Shown: positions 1-10,416, numbered from the stretch's first letter. The stretch is DNA of 64,000 nt from Pyrodictiaceae archaeon (GCA_027036135.1 JALVSY010000007.1:1124880-1188879); one strand, 5' to 3'. Program-made: numbers and translations. The notes: generated by a model from the letters alone, not told the origin.

Positions 1-263
1 AGGGTGTTAGGAGGCTAGACGAGCTACTTGAGAGGCTTAAGCCACTCTTCCGTGGCCGCGTAGACCCCGAGGCTGCCCGGCGAGCCATGAAGAGGTACTA
101 TGGCGTAGACATTGATACCGAGACAGCGGTGGATCGTATTCTCGAGATACTTGCGGGCTGGCTCGTCGAGGCTGCTAGTGAGTGGCACATGCTAGCTCTG
201 CGCCCAGGGTGGCGCCGGAGAGAGGACGAGGAGGAACAGGGAGAAGCGGAGAAACGTAACTAG
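1..263 (+). CDS. 3' part of a hypothetical protein (runs off window start)
   Basis: Open frame from nt 3 (GVRRLDELLERLKPLFRGRVDPEAARRAMKRYYGVDID...EKRN) to TAG 261-263; converges on sufB. Confidence 0.7.
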   Translation, partial: GVRRLDELLERLKPLFRGRVDPEAARRAMKRYYGVDIDTETAVDRILEILAGWLVEAASEWHMLALRPGWRRREDEEEQGEAEKRN

Positions 264-1456
264 AGGGCATGCTTCTCCGCGAGGGTCTTCTCAACGCTGC
301 TTATGAGCCTCTTTATAGGGGCTGGCAGCCCCGGTATATCTACGTGGATGAAGCCTCTTAGCAGGATAGCTCTAGCCTGTTCCTCGTCGAGTCCCCGGGC
401 CATTAGGTAGGCTAGTTCATCCTCGTTGAGCTTTCCTATGGCCGCTTCGTGGCTTAGCTCAGCGCCCCGGGCATAGGAGCGTAGCACCGGCACCGTCTCG
501 ACAACGGCTCGGTCTCCTAGTGGTAGTGCTTGGCACTCTATGTGCCCCCTTGTCCTAGGCGCCCAGGCCTCTATAGCTACGCGGTTAACAGCCTTGGAGT
601 CCTCTTTGCCTATTATCCTAGAGACTAGTTCTGCGCTGCTCTCCTCGCCTAGGAGGAGCGCTCTCGTGTCAAGAGTATAGTTGGTCTCCTCCTCGGCTAG
701 TATGACTGAGGCCGAGTATAGCCTTGAGCCCTTCTCCTGCCTTGCAACGACCCTTGACTCTAGGATCCCTACGCCGCCATAGGACATGTAGTACTCGGTA
801 TATCTCGCTCCCTCTTCTAGGATTATCGCGGTTCGCGGCCTTACCTCGCTACCCCTGGTCCAGCTATGGATCATGACATAGTTCAGCGAGGCCCGCTTGC
901 CGAGGTAGGTCTCGGTTGCGCCTATGTGGGCAACCCTGCCAGCGCCGTGGCTCGCGCCACAGCCCGTAATAATAGTGGCCTCTGCGCCATCGCCGAGGAC
1001 GATTATGTTGTGGAGGAGCTGTGTCTCACCACTAGCTGTCACTAATAGGCACACATAGATTGGCTGAGGAACCTTTACTCCGGGTGGCACGTAGACTAGG
1101 TAGCCCTTCCCCTCCCCATAGACCTCGACGAGAGCCGTATAGACATCGTTGTCGACGGGTAGTGCCCTCCAATAGTATTCTTGGAGCCAGCTATGCTTCT
1201 CCAATGCCTCCCCGAGAGGCGCAACTATTACCCCTAGGTCTCTGAGGCGGCGCTCCATGAGGGTCTTCACTATCTCCTCGTTAACTTGTACATAGCTTGC
1301 CTGGTTCAGGGCGCTATCGAGTCCAAGTCTCTTAGCAGCCTCTACTGCTTTCTCATCGAAGCCTCTGAGAACCTTACTCACGCTAGTAATTCCGCGTGAT
1401 CGGAGCAGCCTAAGCGCCCTCTCTCGAGCCTCCGCAGAGAACACCTTGGCTACCAC
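260..1456 (-). CDS. sufB: SufB/SufD-family Fe-S assembly scaffold (SmsB-like)
   Basis: HNIIVL, ITGC, RGHIECQAL, AELSHEAAIGKL..ELAYLMARGL motifs; directly downstream of sufC. Confidence 0.9.
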   Translation of the reverse strand: MVAKVFSAEARERALRLLRSRGITSVSKVLRGFDEKAVEAAKRLGLDSALNQASYVQVNEEIVKTLMERRLRDLGVIVAPLGEALEKHSWLQEYYWRALPVDNDVYTALVEVYGEGKGYLVYVPPGVKVPQPIYVCLLVTASGETQLLHNIIVLGDGAEATIITGCGASHGAGRVAHIGATETYLGKRASLNYVMIHSWTRGSEVRPRTAIILEEGARYTEYYMSYGGVGILESRVVARQEKGSRLYSASVILAEEETNYTLDTRALLLGEESSAELVSRIIGKEDSKAVNRVAIEAWAPRTRGHIECQALPLGDRAVVETVPVLRSYARGAELSHEAAIGKLNEDELAYLMARGLDEEQARAILLRGFIHVDIPGLPAPIKRLISSVEKTLAEKHAL

Positions 1457-1459
1457 GGC

Positions 1460-2182
1460 CTATGCACCCCCGGCTGCCCCCCTCAGCCCTCTCTCCTCTA
1501 GGAGCTGGAGCACGCGACGAGGCTCACCACTAAGTCTTATAACCCCGTCAATCATTACGTTAATCCCCGAGACAATACCTCTCCCAACAAGCTCCTCGAG
1601 GAAATGAGTAGTATGAGTAACTAGGAGAACACCTATCCCTCTCCGAACAGACTCCTCCACGACATCAGCTATAAGCCCCAACGAGTCAATATCAACACCG
1701 CTATCAGGCTCATCGAGAAGCATCACGCGGGGCCGCTGAGCAAGCACAAGGAGAAGCTCGACACGCTTCCTCTCACCACCACTCAGAGAGCCAAGAGGCT
1801 TGTCTAGGAGATCCTCTACTCCGAGAAGCCTAGCATAGCGACGGAGATCCCTCCAAGGCCCATGGATCTTCTCCAACGCCTCCAGTATACACCTTGCTGT
1901 AACACCCCTCATCCGTGGAGGAGTCTGGAACCCTAGCCCAAGCCCACGCCTAGCCCTCTCATAGAGAGTCAAATCATTGAGCCGCTGGCCATCCAGTAGC
2001 ACCTCTCCCTTCACCACGCGGTAGCCTGGCAAACCCATAAGGGCGGAGAGCAAAGAGGACTTACCAGCCCCATTAGGCCCCATCAATACTTGTAGCTCAC
2101 TGCTCTCAACCCGGAGCGAGACACCACGCACCACAGGCCTCCCAGAGGCCTCAACAAATACGTTGCGAAGCTCAAGCACCAT
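1460..2182 (-). CDS. sufC: SufC-type ABC ATPase (SmsC-like)
   Basis: MGPNGAGKS Walker A, LSGGERKRVE signature, LDEPDSGVDID. Confidence 0.9.
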   Translation of the reverse strand: MVLELRNVFVEASGRPVVRGVSLRVESSELQVLMGPNGAGKSSLLSALMGLPGYRVVKGEVLLDGQRLNDLTLYERARRGLGLGFQTPPRMRGVTARCILEALEKIHGPWRDLRRYARLLGVEDLLDKPLGSLSGGERKRVELLLVLAQRPRVMLLDEPDSGVDIDSLGLIADVVEESVRRGIGVLLVTHTTHFLEELVGRGIVSGINVMIDGVIRLSGEPRRVLQLLEERGLRGAAGGA

Positions 2183-2332
2183 ACCAATTATACCCAGTTA
2201 TTGTAACGAGTGAAAACAACACAATATAAGCCTTAACCCAGTCAGAGACAAAGGGTGCGGCAAAATACCTCCTCTATGACTCGTCAATGGTTCGCGTTAT
2301 GCTTAGATAGGAATATTACGCATATATTATAT

Positions 2333-2782
2333 CTATCTAGTGGGTTGCCTGGTGCCTGGCACCATGGTTAGCCAAGGCACCCTATCGAAGTCCTTATCAA
2401 ATGTAGCTATATGCGATACTCCATGATGTCTACACGTTATCGCTATGAGGGCATCATTGGGCATTAAGCTGTAGCTCGTCATAGTATTCACTAGTTCTTG
2501 GGGCGTAGCCCTAATAGGCAAGTTCTCAAATAGTTCTAGTAGTCCAAGAACCCTTGGCAAATAACCGAGAAGCTCGGGATCACTTTTAGAAAGTCGGTCG
2601 CGTATCCTTCCTGCTGACACACCTGTAGCGAGGCGGAGAAATCCAATCATGGTCTCGCTAGCGACAATAGGATTTATGAAACCCTCCCACTCGCCTCTTA
2701 CAATCTTCACAATTATATCCCTTGCTAATGAATCGCCGCCGAGATGAGCTATTAGCACGCTAGAGTCAAGGCATATCTTCAT
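2333..2782 (-). CDS. vapC: VapC PIN-domain toxin
   Basis: LDSSVLI...E...PNDALIA...ATFDKDF PIN acidic motifs; overlaps upstream antitoxin. Confidence 0.9.
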   Translation of the reverse strand: MKICLDSSVLIAHLGGDSLARDIIVKIVRGEWEGFINPIVASETMIGFLRLATGVSAGRIRDRLSKSDPELLGYLPRVLGLLELFENLPIRATPQELVNTMTSYSLMPNDALIAITCRHHGVSHIATFDKDFDRVPWLTMVPGTRQPTR

Positions 2783-3005
2783 CCTCTATCTCCTCGATGA
2801 CTCTCCATACATCCTCTCTCGTTAGACTGGGTCGTATTCTCTTAGCGAGCCCAAATGTCTCCTCAATGGCTCTGAGTTTTTCGTTCTCGGTCTCCTCTAC
2901 GATGACCTCAACGACAGCGCCTTCGCGGAGCCTTACTGGCTCAAGTGGTTTAAGGACACCTTTTTCGAAGCGGGCCCTAAGCCTTATTTTCATATTATTC
3001 CCCAC
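2766..3005 (-). CDS. AF2212/DUF104-family antitoxin
   Basis: ARFEKGVLKPLEPVRLREG is the DUF104 signature; lies upstream of the PIN gene. Confidence 0.85.
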   Translation of the reverse strand: MGNNMKIRLRARFEKGVLKPLEPVRLREGAVVEVIVEETENEKLRAIEETFGLAKRIRPSLTREDVWRVIEEIEDEDMP

Positions 3006-3457
3006 TATATAGAAGGGGCTGATACTAACTTACTATTTTCTATCCTTATCTTATGGTACGGTTTAGAATGATTAAAAACAATCTTAGCGAGTTTTGTAAG
3101 GAATATATTTTCCTTGATATAGTATAGCTCTAAAGAATTTAATAAATATATGTAAGAATGAAGCAACTGTCTATAAATTAGAGACTTAGGAGTATCATAT
3201 AGTCATAGCCTAGTCGCAGTATAAGATGTTTCACAAGTATTATATGCACTGATAATGGAGAGATTAATAATGCTAAGAGTATGGGCAAACAATTTACCAG
3301 ACGACACGCTTTCTTAATCGATAACCTCTTACATACACAATGTCTTATTTAGAGGCATACTCTTAGGTAATGGCTTAGCTACATGCACCTAAATTAGGTT
3401 GATTAGTTATGAAGTTCTCGGCGGGCTAAACCTTAATGAGACTCTTCTTCCTCATTT

Positions 3458-4079
3458 ATGGCTTGGTGCTTTGTAGCTTTGTCGCGGCTTGTACGAGAGC
3501 TGGAGAGGCCTTTGCCTAGGCCTCGGCGCGACCCATTGGGCTATGCTTCTGCCCGTGTCCTAGAGGCCTTGCTCGAGGCTGTATTGGCTCTAGAGTATCT
3601 AGAGAAAGGCTATACCCGTAATGCTGCCGGGAAGGCATTCCAGGCGTGGAGGGCACTGACTGGCGCGCTCCTGGCTCTCGAGAAGATAAAACTGGAGAAA
3701 TATGTGAGTAATGAGGAGAGAAAATGGTTAATAGAGGTCGCTATACCCAGGGTGCCTACTAGTAGGCTTAAGCCCTTATCTAGGCTAGTAGAGAGAGCTG
3801 GGGTACGAGCACTTCTCAGCTTATACCGATAAGGCTCTTGATCTCCACGATTACCAGTATCATGGCTCGGATCCTTCTGGGGAGCTGAGCAAGTACCCCG
3901 GCGAGACTGACGCAGTAGAGGACATCTTGTCTCTGCTAAGAGAGCTGCAACGCATAATCGTTACAAGGGTTAAGCCATTGCTAGAGAAGGAGAATGCCTG
4001 GACCAAGAACCATAGCGAGGCGACTAAGCAGCTAGAGAAGAGACTAACAGGGACGAATCAGAGAGGTTCTCCAGGTTAG
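3458..4079 (+). CDS. PaREP1-family (HEPN-like) protein, frameshifted at G-run 3800-3803
   Basis: RNAAGKAFQAWRAL motif; second frame continues YTDKALDLHDYQYHGSDPSGELSKYP to TAG 4077-4079. Confidence 0.85.
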
Positions 4080-4507
4080 TGCTGTCTTAAATTGTCTGAA
4101 AAAGTTACATTATCTTAATAAATGCTCTATAACCAATGCTAGCGTGAAGACCCCAATAATGTTTCTTCTATTATTACACCCAGTTATACAACAAGAAACG
4201 GGGTCCTTAGTGCCTTGGTGCAGTCCTTTCTTGGAACTCCAGATGCTTACACAGTCTATAAACTCTAAGGCTTATTGTGGTCTGGTGCTTGGAGAATCTA
4301 TGGTTAATTTAAGCCTACTTATACTGTACCTAGTGTTATTGACTAACCCCTCTAGTATACGTGCTAGAATCACTGGATTGGAGGCTTAATTGAAACGCGT
4401 AGTCTTATTTTTCATCTAATTTATTTAATTCTGTTTTGTCGCTCAATTAGTGCTAGGCGTCATACTAGTCGTCCCTTTAGCGTGCTAGTTTTCCGTGAAT
4501 GATTTTC

Positions 4508-5090
4508 TCAGCTGCCTATGATACTCTGTTTCTCACGGAGTTTCTGCAGCGCTTCTTGGTGCTCCTCTGTCCACTTGCTCTGTCTCTCTAGTGCCGGTTT
4601 CACGTACTCATCAATTATCTTTGCTAGTTTGCCTAGTAGCTGTATAGTATCCCTTGCTGCCTCTCCTCGGTCAGGATATTTGCTGAACTCCCCCTGAGGG
4701 GTCTGGGCCGTGGTACTGGTAATCGTGGAGCTCAAGCGCCGTACTTGTGTAATGAGTGTAGTCTGGGTAGCCAGCTTCTTCTACAAGCCTTGCTAATGGC
4801 TTGAGCCTACCGGTAGGAACGCGAGGGATTGCTTTTTCTAGTAACCATTTTATCTGCTCCCTGTTCCTCAATTTCTTGACTATCTTGTCCCGTTCTAGTG
4901 CTAGTATTGCTGCTGTTAGTGCTCTCCATGCCTGGAATGCCTTCCCAGCTGCGTTCCTTGTGTAACCCTCTTCTAAGAACCTTAAGGCTAGCAAGGCTTC
5001 GAGCAAAGCCTCAAGAGCACGGGCAGCAGCATAACCCACTGGATCCCGCTGAGGCTTAGGCAACGGCTTCTCTAGTGCAGCGGTACTCAC
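4508..5090 (-). CDS. PaREP1-family protein, frameshifted at run 4690-4694
   Basis: Paralog of 3458-4079 (RNAAGKAFQAWRAL, LHDYQYHGPDPSG|EFSKYP); removing one base joins the two ORFs. Confidence 0.85.
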
Positions 5091-5198
5091 AGTTCTATCA
5101 TACCCCTGGGATATATGGTAGGGTCTTACTTCTATAGTGTTGCTCCTCTTAGTGGGCTATGTTGATTAGTATCTAGGATAATTGGCTTTACTATCTCT

Positions 5199-6320
5199 TT
5201 ATTTGTTCTGGGCCATGTTGAGGGCTTTTTCGTAGACATCAGCAGGGTCTAGATCGAGGAGGGAGCTTGTCTCGCGCCTTACTGCTTCTATGAGTATGGT
5301 TTTGTAGATAGGGTATTGTGGTAAGTATTGTATGCCATGTCTAGCGCGTTTCGGGTAAGCAATGTTTTGCTCCACTAAGGCGTCGGCTATGAGGCTCAAC
5401 CGATGCTCTAGGAGAGGCTTAATAGGCTTCTCTAGTACCTGGAGAGCCTTCTTTATCAGTTCCCGTGGCTCCACCTCAATGCCTCTTGCCTCGAGACTAT
5501 TACGAGCCTCCGATAACGCCTGCTCAACTAGCTCTATCCAGGTGGCTATTCTCTGCCTAATAATCTCCTGGGTAGAGAGAGGGCAGAGATCAGGCAACAT
5601 TCCAGGGGTTCCACCTACTAGAGCATAGGTCTCCACGAAGCTTGGGTGACAAGCATTCTTCTCCCTGTATTCTCGGTAGAGGGCTTTGAAGTGCTCCTGA
5701 TCAAGATGCTCTACGAGGAGCCAGCTGGCAGAGTAGCCTTCTAGCAGGGCGAGAGCCTTACTCGTAGCCGCGAAGCCCTCGCTCACAGTAACCACTACCC
5801 TGGTCCTCATATCGGACTTTGAGAGGAGGCCAGCAAGGCTGCGGAGATCCTCAAGCGCCTCCTCATAACTAGCTCTAGTGTAGCCCGGGAGCTCGTGGAA
5901 CTCATCAACGAATACCAGCACGGCCTTAAGCCTAGCCAAGACATCTCTTAGGGCTTCCTCGATCCTTACCACTAGGTCGATAATACCGAGATGAGGACCA
6001 AGTGTCTCTATTAGAGCCTCCTTCATCCTCTTAGCTAGTTCTTGCCCCGTCTCAGCCACGAAGCTAACAGCCCCTATTCTCTCCCCGAGGCTACGGGTGC
6101 GCAGCCTCCTTGCATCCACGATAACAGCGGCCCCGCTCCGGTAACGCGTTCGGAGAAAGTAGCGTACTAGTTCGCTTTTACCAACGTTCCGGGGACCATA
6201 GACCACCAGGAGTTTGCGAGAAGCCGTAAGCCTTCCTAGTACCTCTAGCTCGGAGACACGGTCATAGAAGGCAGTACCGAGCAACGTCCTATAGGAATAA
6301 TCAGCATGAATAACGGGCAT
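5199..6320 (-). CDS. Archaeal ATPase (AAA/ATPase_2 family)
   Basis: FYDRVSEL, YGPRNVGKS Walker A, VFVDEFH Walker B, VGGTPG. Confidence 0.85.
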   Translation of the reverse strand: MPVIHADYSYRTLLGTAFYDRVSELEVLGRLTASRKLLVVYGPRNVGKSELVRYFLRTRYRSGAAVIVDARRLRTRSLGERIGAVSFVAETGQELAKRMKEALIETLGPHLGIIDLVVRIEEALRDVLARLKAVLVFVDEFHELPGYTRASYEEALEDLRSLAGLLSKSDMRTRVVVTVSEGFAATSKALALLEGYSASWLLVEHLDQEHFKALYREYREKNACHPSFVETYALVGGTPGMLPDLCPLSTQEIIRQRIATWIELVEQALSEARNSLEARGIEVEPRELIKKALQVLEKPIKPLLEHRLSLIADALVEQNIAYPKRARHGIQYLPQYPIYKTILIEAVRRETSSLLDLDPADVYEKALNMAQNK

Positions 6321-6575
6321 ATCCCTAATTCCCTACCTAGCTTACCTAATCATTCTTACACTATATAAGTACCGAGAAAACAACCTTGCCTCGGAGCAAG
6401 AGCAAAATTATATAGCTTCGTCTATGAATAGCTGCGCAACAGAACTCTTAAGCAATCCGCTTCTAGGCGAGCGCAATAAGTGCCAGGATACGCCTCCATT
6501 ATCGTGCTCCGTGTCATCTCATAGCCCATTTTCTTAAGCATGTATATCTCCGCGGTCTCGTGTAAGAGAAGTAAC

Positions 6576-6755
6576 TTGCCTAGAGAAATCCTAGGAGCTA
6601 TAGGGCCCAAGGATAGCGACCTCGTGGTTGTTGGGGGCTAAGGCGAGCACATAGTTTTCGAGAAGGCTCCAGATGCTTTCCTTCTCGTGGCAAGAAGGAG
6701 AAAGCGGCGTCAACAAGTATCGAGAGGCTCGAAGAGGGGAAGCGAAGCTGGGTAA
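6576..6755 (+). pseudogene. Remnant of AbrB/MazE-type antitoxin
   Basis: LPREILGAIGPKDSDLVVVGG*GEHIVFEKAPD resembles the AbrB core; in-frame TAA and no intact N-terminus. Confidence 0.45.
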
Positions 6756-6818
6756 GAGGGGTGGGAGGCCTAGAGCCTAATGATTCCCCTTAGCCTCCCA
6801 TAGTTTATCTAGGCGCAG

Positions 6819-7330
6819 CTATTTTCGTTGTGATATAATCTTTTTGGCTATTTCTAGGAGTTCTTCTACGTACTTTGCCCGTGCCCTTACCTGGTTACTA
6901 TCCAGGCGTGCTTCGTGGAAGCCCTCTGTGTGGAGGAAGTATGCATGGTCCCAGTCGTCATAGATTCTTCCATCCACTTCCATGGCTAGTCTATTGGCGG
7001 CAAAATCTAGTAGTCTTAGGCTCCACTTATTCCTCTTCCTTGCCTCCTCTGCTTCTGGAAGCCCTAGGACCTCTGCCATTGCCTTGATAGCCTCCTCGGC
7101 TACTTTGTAGAGCTTATCGCTCGCCTGACCGTATCGTTTTCCTCAAGGAGAGAAAGTGCTTCGTGGAGAAATCTCTCGGCTAATCCGAGGTGGAGGCTGG
7201 CCTCCTCACGCGGATCTAGTCCTAGCTCTCTTGTCAGGAGCTCGATAATGCGGGTCTCTATGTCGAGTCCCCGTCTCTTAGCCTCCTCGTAGAGTCTCTT
7301 AGGAATGGTGATTTTAGAGACACCTGCTTC
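6819..7330 (-). CDS. PaREP1-family protein (RHH-like N-terminus plus HEPN), frameshifted near 7127; start approximate
   Basis: ITIPKRLYEEAKRRG...DTV|QASDKLYKVAEEAIKAMAE...WDHAYFLHTEGFHEA; adding one base joins ORFs 7100-7384 and 6819-7079. Confidence 0.85.
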
Positions 7331-7362
7331 AATTATCCGGGGGAGAATAGAGCAGAGCAGGT

Positions 7363-8043
7363 ATGGATAAAGATAGTGTTTCATTACTCCTCTACTATCT
7401 ACTAATTGTAATTGTCTCCAGCTACGTGTCCCGGGACGGGATAAACATAATATATAATCCTGTACAGCCTATTTGCCTAGGCTTCATGGGCCTTATAGCT
7501 ATATGGTCTTGCGGTGCTGCTCTCTTGGCTCGCTCCATGCTTACTAAGTGGCTATGGGTCTACGAGCTTGTATCAATAGCTGTCTCCGCGGCTATTGGGG
7601 TAATGCTCTACTTCTCGGGTAGAACGTCCCCGGTTGAGTCAATAGCTTTTATCCGGAGCCATGGAGTGTTGGATGCTGTGCTCCATATATGGTTGAGCAA
7701 TGTCTCGTCGTTCCTTCTTGCTGCCGTGCTAGTAGTGCTCCATCCTGTGGCCGGTGTCTTTGCGGTTGCGTACACGTCTGTGTTCTTGGGCGAGTTGCTG
7801 GCCTCCTGGCTAGCCGGGTACTGTGGCACCGCCCACATAGCTTACGGGCTCGTTGAGACACAAGCCTATATACTACTATGGGTTCTCGCGGCCCGGACCT
7901 ACTACGTACAACACGCGTGCGGCTCTCTTCTCTGTAGATGGGAGGCCACAGTCAGGGAGACTAGAAGACTACTGGTCTACGTGCTACTCGTGTTCCTAGT
8001 CCTCGGAGTGATCGAGGTCTACGAGGTGAGGATCCTTGGCTAG
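7363..8043 (+). CDS. Multi-pass membrane protein, SpoIIM-like (true start probably ~7486)
   Basis: Several TM segments; IWLSN and YGLVETQAY recall SpoIIM motifs; overlaps next gene. Confidence 0.5.
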   Translation: MDKDSVSLLLYYLLIVIVSSYVSRDGINIIYNPVQPICLGFMGLIAIWSCGAALLARSMLTKWLWVYELVSIAVSAAIGVMLYFSGRTSPVESIAFIRSHGVLDAVLHIWLSNVSSFLLAAVLVVLHPVAGVFAVAYTSVFLGELLASWLAGYCGTAHIAYGLVETQAYILLWVLAARTYYVQHACGSLLCRWEATVRETRRLLVYVLLVFLVLGVIEVYEVRILG

Positions 8044-8539
8044 CTCGGTTAGGGTGCGCAGGCTAGTAGCTGGGCTCGGGACAGCGCTAGTAATAGCACT
8101 ATCATTCTCGACGACGGGTACCCTGCCGGTCAGCGGGCTACCCGGGCTGATCATAAGCGCGATAGGCTCGGTCACGCTCTACGTATCGGTGGCGCTGGGT
8201 GCTGCTATTCATCGCTCCTACCCGGATAGGCACGACGAGCCCAGGGACACGGGGAGACTATTCACTGAGGGGCCCTACGAGCTGTGTAGGCACCCATTCT
8301 ACCTATTCATGATACTAGTCCAGCTCTCCATACCCCTGGTACTAGTTAGCGCGCCCGGGTTAGTCCTCGCAGCGAGCTTGTTGCCGGCGTGGTTGCTCCT
8401 AGTGAGGATAGAGGAGAGGGAACTCCTAGAGTACTGGGGAGAAGCCTACAGGGAGTATATGAGGAGGACGCCAGCCCTAATACCAGACATAAGGAGGCTG
8501 ATAGGGTGGAGTAAAGTCAAGAAGCATGCCTCTTTGTAG
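8036..8539 (+). CDS. Isoprenylcysteine carboxyl methyltransferase/PEMT-family membrane protein
   Basis: LFTEGPYELCRHPFYL and EERELLEYWGEAYREY motifs. Confidence 0.85.
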   Translation: MASSVRVRRLVAGLGTALVIALSFSTTGTLPVSGLPGLIISAIGSVTLYVSVALGAAIHRSYPDRHDEPRDTGRLFTEGPYELCRHPFYLFMILVQLSIPLVLVSAPGLVLAASLLPAWLLLVRIEERELLEYWGEAYREYMRRTPALIPDIRRLIGWSKVKKHASL

Positions 8540-8683
8540 TACTATGCCTGGGTACAGATTGTGTCGTAGAACCAAGGATTATGGATTGAGTAAATCGAGT
8601 AAAGTTGTGGCCTTGGCCTAGGCAAAAACCCTGTTGGTATGGGCCCCGGGGCCAGGGGTGCAGGGGTACGGGATGCGTAGTGT

Positions 8684-9358
8684 TTACTTGTTCTGGTTCT
8701 CGGCGGTGGGTGTTGGGAATGCGCTTGGTAGCTCGGGGAACTCTGACTTCATGCGCTGCTCTGCTACTATTCTCGCTTCCTCCATTATCTTTCTCGCTTC
8801 CTCGCTGTATACTCCGGTCGGCATGCTCATGAAGCTTGTGAACTCGCCTGCCTCTGTTACTACGCTCTCTAGTAGTTCTCCTATCTCTGCCATTTCTAGG
8901 CCTATCTCGGGTACTAGGCCGGTTAGGTAGCGGCGTAGGTCCTTGATCACAGCTACTACTGGTGCTAGCCCAGTTACTACGTCGCCCATCGTCATTACTG
9001 TCTCGAGGCGTAGTGCTACCTTCTCTATCGCGTACTTGGCCATCATTATGCTCTTTATCATCTTCCTTAGCTCTGCTACCTCGCCAGCGTACATCGCTGC
9101 CCGTGTCTGGTCCTTCTCTATCTGCGCCTGCACTACCTTCTCAAAGAGTATCTGGTCGCGCTCCTTCATCTTGTGTATTACGTACTCTAGCTTGTTGTTC
9201 TCTACGCGTAGCTTGTAGAGCGCTAGTGCTAGCTTCTGCCTCAGTGGAGGAGGCGGGTTGATGAAGTTACGTATCTTGTCTACTACACCGGGGCCCTTGG
9301 GCTGGGGATTCCATATCTTGGCAAAATCGTCTGTACGTGCCATGGCTCTCAGCGCCAA
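8684..9358 (-). CDS. cdvB: ESCRT-III/Snf7 (CdvB1/B2-like paralog)
   Basis: Helical protein with RAAMYAGEVAELRK, IEKVALRLETV, EEARKIMEEA..VAEQR..FPELP; no C-terminal wH extension. Confidence 0.85.
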   Translation of the reverse strand: MALRAMARTDDFAKIWNPQPKGPGVVDKIRNFINPPPPLRQKLALALYKLRVENNKLEYVIHKMKERDQILFEKVVQAQIEKDQTRAAMYAGEVAELRKMIKSIMMAKYAIEKVALRLETVMTMGDVVTGLAPVVAVIKDLRRYLTGLVPEIGLEMAEIGELLESVVTEAGEFTSFMSMPTGVYSEEARKIMEEARIVAEQRMKSEFPELPSAFPTPTAENQNK

Positions 9359-9564
9359 TCGTATAATAGCGAAGGGCCTGGTAGGTAACCCAGAGGCCCT
9401 AATGCCACCGAGCCCCAGGGCTTAAAACCCGGGCCAAGGCCCCTCTTTGGTCAAGTCGAGTCCTCTGGGAGAATTATCTCGTATTGTGTGGTAATGGCTA
9501 GGCTTTGTCTATGCTTGTGTAGAAAGGGTGTTACCCTTATCTGTGGGACTGTGTATGTGTGGTC

Positions 9565-10416
9565 TTAGAGGGCTTGCCCCTGCTCTATGATTTCCTGGAG
9601 TCGCTTCTTCAACGCTTCCGTGAATACTGGGTTGCTTATCACGAGGGCTATTACGCCGTGCGGGGCGCTGGGTAAGCCTATTATTACTGTGTCACAGGCA
9701 GCCATTAGATCCATTATCGCCGCATCCGAGGCGACTAGTCTTACCCCGTGCTTCTTGACCTCCTCAACATAGCTGCTAGGGATTGATGCGTTGCGCGGCA
9801 CCACGATAATAGTGCCTTGTGGCAGCTTCTCAACGAGCAGTCCCAGTACCGGCCATAGCTGGCTAAGCCTATCAAGAACCTTGTAGGCCATAAAGACTGG
9901 AGGCTCCTTGCACCTAGCCAGAGTCTCGGCTGCATGGGCAACAGATTCCTCAACACCATACACTATCTTGACGTACTCCTCGCTAGCCTGCTTAGCGAGC
10001 CGGCTTAGCTCCTCGCCCAGCTTCTCTAGCTCAGCTGCCTCAGAGACGGCCTTGGCCACCCTCTCCTCCGCCTTCGCCTTCAATGCCCTGCGTGGATCGA
10101 TGATATAGTAGTGGCCTCCCTCCTCGCCGACAAGTCCTAGTGCGGCAAGGCTGCGAAGAACATCATAGACTCTCTGGGCAGGTATACGCGCAGCCTTAGC
10201 AACCTCGGGTGGACGGGCCCTGCCGAGAGCTAGGAGCGCGAGATAAGCTCGTGCCTCGTATCCTGATAGGCCTAGGAGCCTACGAATACGTGTCTCGAGC
10301 TCGTTCTCGCCCTCTGTTTGCACGGCGGAATCATTCCTCGCAATAGTCTCCCTAAGCCCCAGGTGCCTCGGGGCCGCTTCCTCCTCGGTGATGTGCGGGA
10401 AGGGTTTCTCATCCAC
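9565..10416 (-). CDS. TrmB-family transcriptional regulator
   Basis: LGLSGYEARAYLAL...IPAQRVYDVLRSL TrmB HTH. Confidence 0.85.
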   Translation of the reverse strand: MDEKPFPHITEEEAAPRHLGLRETIARNDSAVQTEGENELETRIRRLLGLSGYEARAYLALLALGRARPPEVAKAARIPAQRVYDVLRSLAALGLVGEEGGHYYIIDPRRALKAKAEERVAKAVSEAAELEKLGEELSRLAKQASEEYVKIVYGVEESVAHAAETLARCKEPPVFMAYKVLDRLSQLWPVLGLLVEKLPQGTIIVVPRNASIPSSYVEEVKKHGVRLVASDAAIMDLMAACDTVIIGLPSAPHGVIALVISNPVFTEALKKRLQEIIEQGQAL

